Assembly (NCBI GenBank): GCA_019650635.1
Contig: BOXE01000001.1
Location: 76,193 to 140,192, forward strand
Direction of reading: 5' to 3'
From: Alphaproteobacteria bacterium
GTDB taxonomy: Bacteria > Pseudomonadota > Alphaproteobacteria > Methylaequorales > Methylaequoraceae
DNA length: 64,000 bases
The position numbers were made by a program, and so were the translations under genes. The stretch's first letter is position 1; each line of letters opens with the position of its first letter. A model generated the notes under the pieces. That model did no database searches. It was not told the origin of the DNA and saw only the letters and a program-made list of their open reading frames with translations. This document shows, in pieces, positions 12,483 through 20,487 of this stretch.

Positions 12483-13899
12483 ATGTCAGGAAATGTTTTG
12501 TGTATTGGAGATATAATCTTAGATTCATATTCCCATGGAGATGTAAAAAGAATATCACCTGAAGCACCAATCCCTGTATTAAAAATAAATAATAATAAAT
12601 ATGAAGTATTAGGTGGATGCGGTAATGTAGCAAAAAATATTTGTGGTGCGGGAAGTAAGTGCCATGTTATTTCGGTTTGCGGAGATGATGAAGAGTCGAT
12701 AGTTTTAAAAAAATTATTGAAGGATTCAAAAAAGCTTACATTCAATCTTTTCACTGATCAGAGTAGATGTACAACAAAAAAATAAGATTTGTTCTGGAAA
12801 TCAACAAATTTTAAGAGTAGACAAAGAATCTAATCAGCCAATAAGCTCAAAACTTGAGACAAAAATTTTAAGTATTATAAAAAGCAAAATTGAATTTTTC
12901 GATGTTATTGTGCTCTCTGATTACAATAAAGGACTTTTAACTGATAATTTACTTAAGACTACTATAGAACTATCAAGAAAAAAAAATAAGTTAATTATAG
13001 TAGATCCTAAAAAAATTGATTTTTCTCCATACAAAGGTGCAAATATTATTACCCCAAATTTTAAAGAGCTTTTGGAGGCATCTAAAATTAAAAAAAACCT
13101 AAAAAATGAAGATGATCCAAATATGGTAGTAAGGCTGTCTAAAGAATTATTAAAAAAATATAATTTTGATGCAATTGTTACAACGAGGAGTTCTGATGGA
13201 ATATCAATTGTAGATAAAAAGAATGCCTCTTTACATTTACCATCAAAAGCTCAAGAAGTTTTTGATGTTTCGGGCGCTGGAGATACGGTTATAGCTTATA
13301 TAGCCTCAGGAGTTGCTAATGGAAGATCCTTATTCAATGCAACTGAAATAGCCAATGATGCGGCTGGAATTTCAGTTGGAAAGTTTGGAACCACGGTTGT
13401 AAATGAAAAGGATTTACTAAATTCGAATCAAAAGAACAAGTTATGTAAATTAAAGGAATTGAATTATGATTTAAAGAAATATAAAAATAAAACAATTGGC
13501 TTTACGAATGGATGTTTTGATTTAATTCATCAAGGACATATCTTTTATCTTAAAGAAGCAAGAAAAATGTGTGATTTTTTAATTTTAGGGCTTAATAGTG
13601 ACAATTCGATAAAAAAAATTAAAGGCAAAGATAGACCTATTTTGAATCAAATGGAAAGAACTGAAATTTTAGCAAATTTTGATTTTATTGATAAAATATT
13701 AATTTTTAATGAAGAAACTCCTATTAATTTAATAAAAAAAATTAGACCAAATATCATTTTCAAAGGTGATGACTATAGTATAGATGAAGTTGTTGGGTCG
13801 AAAGTGATAAAAAATTGGGGAGGAAAAATAAAATTAATCAAATGTGTGAAGGGAAAATCAACTTCAAACATTATCAGGAAAATAAAAAATGTTACTTAG
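12483..13899 (+). pseudogene. hldE: Bifunctional D-beta-D-heptose 7-phosphate kinase / heptose 1-phosphate adenylyltransferase, one frameshift
   Basis: The kinase N-terminus (ORF 12483..12785) continues in another frame after the A7 run 12776-12782 (IRFVSGNQQILRVDKE...) into ORF 12910..13899. The cytidylyltransferase motif GFTNGCFDLIHQGH is in the C-terminal domain. Confidence 0.88.
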
Positions 13900-14644
13900 T
13901 GCTGTATTATTTGACGTGGACGGAACAATTGCTGAAACGGAAGATTTTCATAGACGATCTTTTAATGAATCTTTTAAGGAATTTAATCTTGATTGGTTTT
14001 GGGACGAAGCTATTTACACAGAACTCATAAATATAGGTGATGGTAAAGAAAGGATTGAATATTATATTAAACGTGCTTGGCCTGAGATGTTAGAATATAA
14101 AAATTTAACAAAATACATCAATTCCATTCATAAAGTAAAAAACGAAATTTTTAAAGATTATATTATGGATTCTGAAATAACATTTAGACCTGGAGTTCTA
14201 AGACTTATAAATGAATTAAAAAAGAATAATGTTAGAATTGCAATTGTTTCGTCTACTACACAAGACGATTTATCGACACTTTTTAAAAATGGATTAAAGA
14301 TAGACCCAAATTCAACTTTTGATCTTATTGCACATGGTGGTTGTACAGAAAATAAAAGACCCTCACCCGAAATTTATGAGTGGATACTTGAAAAATTGAG
14401 AATAGCCCCACAGTCATGCGTTGCAATAGAGGACTCTTTAAGAGGACTCAGATCCGCAGTTAATGCAAATATAAATGTTTTAGTAACACCATCTATTTAC
14501 ACCAAAAATGAAAACTTTGAGGAAGCAAATATTGTTGTTTCAAGTCTTGGAGAATCTGAAGAACCATTCAAAGTAATAAAAGGGAAAGTTTATGGAAATA
14601 AATTAGTGAATATTGATCTTCTAAATAAAATAATAAATCATTAA
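13889..14644 (+). CDS. HAD-superfamily phosphatase (CbbY-like subfamily)
   Basis: Motif I LFDVDGTIAETE at the N-terminus, motif II VSST, and a C-terminal IEDS. Its start overlaps the hldE stop by 11 nt. Confidence 0.75.
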   Translation: MLLSAVLFDVDGTIAETEDFHRRSFNESFKEFNLDWFWDEAIYTELINIGDGKERIEYYIKRAWPEMLEYKNLTKYINSIHKVKNEIFKDYIMDSEITFRPGVLRLINELKKNNVRIAIVSSTTQDDLSTLFKNGLKIDPNSTFDLIAHGGCTENKRPSPEIYEWILEKLRIAPQSCVAIEDSLRGLRSAVNANINVLVTPSIYTKNENFEEANIVVSSLGESEEPFKVIKGKVYGNKLVNIDLLNKIINH

Positions 14645-15063
14645 ATTTTAAAATAAACTATTGTCATGCAGACAATTTGAGTAATAAATATTAAGACACT
14701 TAATGAGTGCAAAATTTTGAACTTTTTTATTTGTTTGCTAGTTTTTTGTTTTATATCACTAACGTCATTGATCCACTTAACTAAAAAAATTTTCGAAAAC
14801 AAAAAACCAGAAGAAACCATAAAAAATATAATGCTATAAATTTTCCCATGGAAGATGATCAACAGGGTAATTGTTATACTTATTAAAAAAGCATAGAGAT
14901 ATAGTTTAGGAAATATGCTACGTATAAATTTTCTAGCACTTTTCTGATCAAGTGATATGAAAACATTGGGTGCTACCACTATAGAAAAGAATATAAGGCT
15001 TCCAACAAGAAATGGAATGAGAAAATTAATTATTTGTAGGCTAAGGTTCTGGTATTCTAGCAT
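14641..15063 (-). CDS. Small integral membrane protein (DUF4149/TMEM205-like by weak recall)
   Basis: 140-aa ORF with about four hydrophobic helices. No catalytic motif recognised. Confidence 0.45.
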   Translation of the reverse strand: MLEYQNLSLQIINFLIPFLVGSLIFFSIVVAPNVFISLDQKSARKFIRSIFPKLYLYAFLISITITLLIIFHGKIYSIIFFMVSSGFLFSKIFLVKWINDVSDIKQKTSKQIKKFKILHSLSVLIFITQIVCMTIVYFKI

Positions 15064-15111
15064 ATTTAAATCAGTTTAAAATTATCTTTAATGATGATAA
15101 AAGGATAAGTT

Positions 15112-15498
15112 ATGAGTATTAAGATAATATTAATTTTACCAATTCTCGAGTTATTATTATTTATTTTATTTGGTGATCTCTTAGGTTTTTTTCCAGTTAT
15201 TTTTTTAATCATACTTTCAGGTCTTACAGGATTTTATTTTTTAAGATCTGGAATGAATCCCCAAAATATAGCAGCAAATCCTAAAGAATGGATTTTTACA
15301 AAATTTGCAGGGATTCTTTTGTTAATACCGGGTTTTATAACAGACTTTTGTGGTGTTTTTTTACTTATTAAGTCATTGAGATATTTAATTTGGGATTTTG
15401 TTCCAGATAAAACAAAGAATTATTTTTATGATGATCAAAGAAAATCAAAAGATAAAGAAATTATTGAAGTAGATTACAAGGATTTAGATGACAAATAA
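15112..15498 (+). CDS. fxsA: FxsA family cytoplasmic membrane protein
   Basis: 128 aa. Hydrophobic N-terminal two thirds with the FxsA-typical LLIPGFITDFCGVFLLI segment, and a charged tail. Confidence 0.75.
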   Translation: MSIKIILILPILELLLFILFGDLLGFFPVIFLIILSGLTGFYFLRSGMNPQNIAANPKEWIFTKFAGILLLIPGFITDFCGVFLLIKSLRYLIWDFVPDKTKNYFYDDQRKSKDKEIIEVDYKDLDDK

Positions 15499-15769
15499 TC
15501 TTTTAAATTTTCACCTAAAAATATATGGGAAAGTCCAAGGTGTTGGATTTAGAGCATGGACAAAAAAAACAGCTGAAGATTTATTTTTAACGGGTTGGGT
15601 TAAAAATTGTGAAGATGAAAGTGTTGAATGTGAAGTAAGTGGTAAAAGAGAAAATATTGATTTTTTTGTAAATGCTTGTAAGAAAGGCCCTTTGTTTGCA
15701 AACGTAGAAAATATTAAGAAAAGAGAAGAAAATTTCAAAAAATTTAAAAATTTTAGTATTTATTATTAA
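15488..15769 (+). CDS. acyP: Acylphosphatase
   Basis: 93 aa with the signature GKVQGVGFRAWT followed by GWVKN. Confidence 0.85.
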   Translation: MTNNLLNFHLKIYGKVQGVGFRAWTKKTAEDLFLTGWVKNCEDESVECEVSGKRENIDFFVNACKKGPLFANVENIKKREENFKKFKNFSIYY

Positions 15770-16347
15770 TGAAGCTTTTTTTTTTACGACATACGTCTTT
15801 AAATGTAGAAATAGATGTTTTCTATGGTCAGACCGATCTAGATGTTTCAGATAGGTTTGAGGAAGAAGTAAAATTAATTCAAAAGAAAATTAAGAATTTT
15901 AATATAGATACTAACTCCATAAAGGTTTATAGCAGTCCATTGAAAAGATGTATAAAATTGACAAATAAGTTGACAAAAAACTACATAGTTGACGAAAGGA
16001 TTAAGGAAATGAATTTGGGTGATTGGGAAATGAAAAAAATGAGTTCTATTTCAAAGAAAGAGAAACTAGATTGGGAAAATAATCTTTTATCTTTTAAAAT
16101 TCCTAATGGTGAAAGTAATAATGAGTTTTTGAAAAGACTAAAAAGTTTCTTAGAAGATATATTTAAATTCAATGAAGATGCTTTAATTGTTTGTCATGCA
16201 GGTTCAATTAATGGAATGTTATCTTTATTAACTAAAGAACCTTTTGATAAAATGGTTAAAAATTATTGGGAATTGATTAAGCATGGTTCACTATCTCTTA
16301 TAGAGTTAAAAAATGAATTAATAATAAAGAAAATAATTGGGAAATAA
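15769..16347 (+). CDS. Histidine phosphatase family protein (phosphoglycerate mutase / alpha-ribazole phosphatase-like)
   Basis: N-terminal FFLRHTS (RH-type catalytic motif) and a later VCHAGSI histidine segment. 192 aa. Confidence 0.7.
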   Translation: MKLFFLRHTSLNVEIDVFYGQTDLDVSDRFEEEVKLIQKKIKNFNIDTNSIKVYSSPLKRCIKLTNKLTKNYIVDERIKEMNLGDWEMKKMSSISKKEKLDWENNLLSFKIPNGESNNEFLKRLKSFLEDIFKFNEDALIVCHAGSINGMLSLLTKEPFDKMVKNYWELIKHGSLSLIELKNELIIKKIIGK

Positions 16348-16348
16348 T

Positions 16349-17087
16349 TTGTTTTCATTAAATTATACGAATATTTTTAGTCAAAAACTAAAAGTAGTTA
16401 AAAAAAAAAATACAAAAAATTCAGGATATAAAAATCATAAGGACTTCAAGAAGATCCAAATCAATTTCCTTGAAAATAAGAAATGGAGAACTTGAAGTTT
16501 CCTGCCCTTATAATACCTCTGAAATCTTTATAAAGAATTTGATTGAAAGAAAAAAGGTATGGATTAATAAAAATATTGATCGGTCTAGGAAAAATCACAA
16601 AAAAATTGATCAGATTTCAAATGGGTTCATTACCTACAAGGGACTTGTCCTAAAGCTTGTTTACGAGAAATCTAACATTGAAGGAATTGCTGTTGAGGAC
16701 AATAAATTAAAAATATTTTATTCAGACGAATCAAAAAGTAAGAAATTAATTATTGAGTGGCTAAAATTACAAGCTAATAATTTTTTAAGAGCAAGATTGT
16801 CATTTTTATCGAAACGTATCAGTATTGAATTCAATTCATTGACAATAAAATCATACACTGCTAGATGGGGGAGTTGTAATATTAAAGGGGATATTTTTTT
16901 AAATTGGAAATTAATTATGTTACCTGAGAGTGTTATTGATTACGTTTTAATTCATGAACTTGCTCATATTAATGTTCCAAACCACTCAAGAGAATTTTGG
17001 GAGCTAGTCAAAAAAAAAGACCCTAATTATTGTAAAAACAAAAGATGGTTAAAAGATAATGGATCATCTTTTATTTTGTTCAGCTGA
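16349..17087 (+). pseudogene. YgjP-like metal-dependent hydrolase (DUF45 / M48-like), probable frameshift near the N-terminus
   Basis: HELAHINVPNHSREFWELV zinc motif in ORF 16470..17087. That frame is open back to 16398 without a standard start. A TTG at 16349 right after the previous stop reads into the A11 run 16400-16410, where the frame appears to switch. Confidence 0.6.
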
Positions 17088-17252
17088 ATTAAGTTTTTCT
17101 TCATTCTTGATAATTTGCAATGCTTTGTACAGTTCATTCTCGTTGACAAGTATTCTGATTGGTATCGCTGTTATATTTCCCTCTGTTATTGACATCTCTT
17201 CATCAAAAGTAAAGTATTCAATATTGTGAGCTTTTAAATACTTTTTATCCAA
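17064..17252 (-). CDS. Small DUF2007-like protein (putative signal-transducing fold)
   Basis: 62-aa ORF (TTG start). The pattern LKAHNIEYF...IPIRILVNENELYKALQII resembles DUF2007. An ATG (MTKFI) lies just upstream in another frame, so the true start may be shifted. Confidence 0.35.
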   Translation of the reverse strand: MDKKYLKAHNIEYFTFDEEMSITEGNITAIPIRILVNENELYKALQIIKNEEKLNSAEQNKR

Positions 17253-17341
17253 CTTATATAAATTTGGTCATTACTTTTTATTAAAGTTTCCATATTCAAT
17301 AATTAATAAAATTAAACATTAGTTTCAAATCAAAAATAAGT

Positions 17342-17418
17342 TGGCGCGCCCGAAAGGATTCGAACCCTTAACCTTTTGAGCCGAAATCAAATGCTCTATC
17401 CAGTTGAGCTACGGGCGC
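17342..17418 (-). tRNA. tRNA-Arg (anticodon UCG by hand folding)
   Basis: 77-nt cloverleaf. Acceptor GCGCCCG/CGGGCGC, D arm GCTC-AACTGGATA-GAGC, anticodon stem TTTGA/TCAAA with loop TT-TCG-GC, T arm AAGGG-TTCGAAT-CCTTT, and an encoded GCCA end. The D-arm is similar to known tRNA-Arg. Confidence 0.85.
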
Positions 17419-17423
17419 ATAAA

Positions 17424-18737
17424 TCAATTATCTATACCATGAGACAATTTAGAAAGTTTTTTACTAAATAAAATTACAGTGAATCCAACTATAATACATA
17501 CGAAAGTGATACTTATAAAAATAAATTTTTCTCCGAATTTCTCTGAATTTTGGCCAATGGTCCCTGCTAATTTATTTCCTATTCCAATAGCAGCAAAATA
17601 AATACCCATAATTGAAGAAACAAGTCTTTGTGGTGATAACTTAGTAATATAGGATAATATAACAGGAGATGCACATAACTCTCCAACTGTATGAAATAAA
17701 TAAGCTAATACTAGCCAATACATTGAAGATTTTCCTAATACTTCGTACTCAAGAGCAGCAAAAAACATAAATACAAATCCTAATCCCATAATTATTAAAC
17801 CAGTAGAAATTTTAAAAATAGAAGAAACTAACTATTTTTTTTTTCTCTATAAAAAACCAAAACTGTGATACATAAAAACCTAGGAAAATTATCATTAAAG
17901 GATTGATTGACTGAAACCAACTTGCTGGGACCTCAAAATCAAAACTAGCCAGATATCTATCTGTTTTTTGATAAGCAAATAGATTCATTAATCCTCCAGC
18001 TTGTTCGAAAGATGCCCAAAAAATAATTAAAATAAGACTCGCAAGAACTATTAATTTAATTCTGTCTACTTCGAAATCTTTTAAGTTTTTTAAATATAAA
18101 TATTTTTTTCTTATTTAAACTTATTTCATTTAATTGGATTCCTACCAAAAAAGAAAACAACCTGTCCTATTAGCATACCAATACCGGCTAATGAAAAACC
18201 ATAGTGCCACCCATAAGTCTCGCCAACAAATCCTACAATTAAACTCGCGAGGAAAGCTCCAATATTGATTCCAATGTAAAATAATGTAAAGCCTTGATCT
18301 CTTCTTATGTCCTTTTGAGTGTATAAAGATCCCACAAGAGTTGAAATGCTTGGTTTTAAAAGACCAACACCAAGCACAATTAATATTAAACCTATATAGA
18401 AAAAATTTATGTTGTCGATTGCAAGTGATAAATGACCTAAACATAATAAAGCTCCTCCCCAGAAAACAGCCTTTTCACTTGTGATGAGTTTGTCAGCAAT
18501 AATTCCTCCTGGAATACAAGCTAGATAAACAAAGGCTGTATACCAGCCATATAGCTTTATGGCATCATAATTAGACCAACCTAACCCAGGATTTGATGAG
18601 TTTGTTTCAGAAACTAAATACAAAACGAGTATAGCACGCATTCCGTAATAACTAAATCTCTCCCACAACTCAGTAAGAAAAAGAGTTGTTAATCCGCTTG
18701 GATGACTTGACAATATATTAGTTTTTAAATTTTCCAT
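17424..18737 (-). pseudogene. POT/PTR2 family di-/tripeptide:proton symporter, frame interrupted at least twice
   Basis: N-terminal PTR2 signature GLTTLFLTELWERFSYYGMRAILVLYL (ORF 18126..18782). The middle part (SFEQAGGLMNLFA...) is in another frame. The C-terminal part is ORF 17424..17789. The likely true start is the ATG at 18737, downstream of a TATAAT box. Confidence 0.85.
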
Positions 18738-18768
18738 GTTTGTTTTGGCATGAACATTGCTTATTAAT

Positions 18769-18798
18769 ATTATATCTGACAAGTGTCAGAAATTTGAA
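18769..18798 (-). promoter_or_regulatory. Putative sigma-70 promoter with an embedded 16-bp perfect palindrome (operator-like) for the POT transporter
   Basis: On the minus strand: TTCAAA (18793-18798), an 18-nt spacer, then TATAAT (18769-18774), about 31 nt before the ATG at 18737. The spacer contains TCTGACA-N2-TGTCAGA (18775-18790). Confidence 0.4.
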
Positions 18799-18860
18799 TT
18801 GTGGGAAGATCCAAAATATAATATTTCCTCCCTTAAAATAAAAAGATCTTCCCAATTCAA
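18794..18860 (-). other. Long bulged inverted repeat (terminator-like or structured RNA) between the small-ORF operon and the POT gene
   Basis: The plus-strand arms TTGAATTG-TG-GGAAGATC (18794-18811) and GATCTTCCCAATTCAA (18845-18860) form two 8-bp helices with a 2-nt bulge. The 33-nt loop carries GGGAGGAAA on the transcribed strand. No clear U-tract follows. Confidence 0.45.
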
Positions 18861-18867
18861 TTAAATC

Positions 18868-19086
18868 TCATTTATTTATACTCAAAATAAATCTTTTTAG
18901 CTGCTCTACCTTTTCATCACTAACATCTTTGTATGAGCAACTAAATTTTTGATTAATTAAAAGACATATATGCGCATACGGGTTTCTTCCATTTGGATGG
19001 TTTGGATGTGGTTCTAGCTTATCTTTTAAAAAATCCCCATGTTTTTGAATGAATTTCCAAACGCTTTTCTTATTAGCTTCATTCAT
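18868..19086 (-). CDS. Hypothetical 72-aa protein
   Basis: The ATG lies directly after the stop of the upstream ORF (19087). No family recognised. Contains HPNHPNGRNPYAHICLL. Confidence 0.4.
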   Translation of the reverse strand: MNEANKKSVWKFIQKHGDFLKDKLEPHPNHPNGRNPYAHICLLINQKFSCSYKDVSDEKVEQLKRFILSINK

Positions 19087-19338
19087 TTATCTTATCCCTT
19101 GATTTGTTTTTACTCTAGATTTTTTTGTCTGCTTTTTAAAAAATTTGTTTTCACTTTTCTTTTGAATAACTTTTTTTTTTATAACATACTTATTTCCAGG
19201 CTTAGGTGGAGGTAGTTTTTTAAATGTACCGTCTTTTTTAATAAGTATATAGTTTCCATTTTCGTCTCTAATGATTTCATCAGAAAACGAGGTGTTTTGA
19301 TAAAAAAATATAAAAAGAAAAATGAAAATATTTATCAT
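19087..19338 (-). CDS. Hypothetical 83-aa secreted lysine-rich protein
   Basis: Signal-like MINIFIFLFIFFYQNTSFS, then DEIIRDENGNYILIKKDGTF, a PPPKPG segment and a K-rich tail. The start overlaps the upstream stop (ATGA). Confidence 0.45.
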   Translation of the reverse strand: MINIFIFLFIFFYQNTSFSDEIIRDENGNYILIKKDGTFKKLPPPKPGNKYVIKKKVIQKKSENKFFKKQTKKSRVKTNQGIR

Positions 19339-19523
19339 TTGTATAAATAGTATTTTTTATAAATTTTAGTATCAATTGAATTTTTTTTTGACATTAAAAG
19401 TACTTTTCGACGCAATTTCCATTTCTTTTTTATAATCTTTAATTTAAAAGCACTTTCTCTTCTAATTTTGATATTTTTCCACCAAGAGCTGGATCCTACA
19501 GCTAAAATAATTTCTTTTTTCAT
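19335..19523 (-). CDS. Hypothetical 62-aa highly basic protein
   Basis: The start overlaps the lipase stop (ATGA) and the stop overlaps the next start. Composition is dominated by K/R. It could be a chance ORF in AT-rich DNA. Confidence 0.3.
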   Translation of the reverse strand: MKKEIILAVGSSSWWKNIKIRRESAFKLKIIKKKWKLRRKVLLMSKKNSIDTKIYKKYYLYK

Positions 19524-20470
19524 AAGTCAAGTCTATGGTAAAATTCTGTATTTTCAATTTGTTTTAAAATATCACTAAAAGATGAGTTGCTTGAATCATA
19601 TTCCTTTCCGATCACCCAATTTTTTAAATCTTCTGTAATTTGATCACCATTCAAATCTCTGAGAATCATATGATAGCTTTCCTTATAAACTAAAATTTTT
19701 ATTTTATCAGAAAAATTGTTTTTAATCCTTTCATCCTTCAATAATTTTATTAATGGTTTTCTCGGAACTACTTCATCTTTTAGTGGAATCATTATTAGTG
19801 TTTTATATGATGGATTTTTAAAATATTCTTCTGTATCTTTATATGCTTCATCCATAAGATCTACAACACCTTGAAGGCTCCGAAATGTTGGTTTATGAAT
19901 AAATAAATCATCCATAGATAATTCTTTTAGCATTTTTAAATTGTCACTGGCTTGGATCTTTACTATCCCTTTACCACTGACCTTAAAATAGGGAAGGATT
20001 TTTGCAAGAAATTTTAAAGGAATACTTTTCCAAAAATTTGTTTCTGTAAAATTCCAAATAGCGGGTGCAATTAGTATTACACCGTCGATTGGAAGATTCT
20101 TGAAACGATTAACAAAACTTAAAGTGATTGCGCCACCCATACTCTCTCCCAACAAAAAAATTTTCTTATTGGGATTTTCATTTTTAATTTTTTTTAAGTT
20201 AAAGTCTATGTCCTTGATATGTTGTTTTAAATCAAACCATTCACCTTTATTCTTATTTTTACCAAAGCCATTGAGATCAAACGAAGTCAAAGCTATGTTG
20301 TTTTGTGACAAGTATTCTCCAGGAATTTTAAAAGAATTAGAATAGTCATTATATCCATGAATAGCCAGTATGACATTTGAAAATTCAGAATCTGGTTTTA
20401 TCTTCATGTATGAAAAAGAATTGGTATCTATATCTTTCATTAAAGTGGAAGAACATGATGATGTTAACAA
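19520..20470 (-). CDS. Alpha/beta hydrolase lipoprotein (lysophospholipase / monoacylglycerol lipase-like)
   Basis: Nucleophile elbow GESMGGAI and HGYNDYSNSF near the N-terminus. The lipobox-like LLTSSC suggests the true start lies a few codons upstream of the listed TTG. Confidence 0.8.
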   Translation of the reverse strand: MLTSSCSSTLMKDIDTNSFSYMKIKPDSEFSNVILAIHGYNDYSNSFKIPGEYLSQNNIALTSFDLNGFGKNKNKGEWFDLKQHIKDIDFNLKKIKNENPNKKIFLLGESMGGAITLSFVNRFKNLPIDGVILIAPAIWNFTETNFWKSIPLKFLAKILPYFKVSGKGIVKIQASDNLKMLKELSMDDLFIHKPTFRSLQGVVDLMDEAYKDTEEYFKNPSYKTLIMIPLKDEVVPRKPLIKLLKDERIKNNFSDKIKILVYKESYHMILRDLNGDQITEDLKNWVIGKEYDSSNSSFSDILKQIENTEFYHRLDL

Positions 20471-20487
20471 GATTATAGAAGCAATAA

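Noticed and set aside
13815-14030. A 71-aa ORF spanning the hldE/HAD junction.
   Set aside because: It is out of frame with both well-supported genes that it overlaps, and no independent signal supports it.
18142-18444. A 100-aa same-strand alternative-frame ORF inside the POT transporter gene.
   Set aside because: It overlaps the clearly homologous PTR2 frame (ORF 18126..18782) and has Cys/Trp/Arg-rich nonsense composition.
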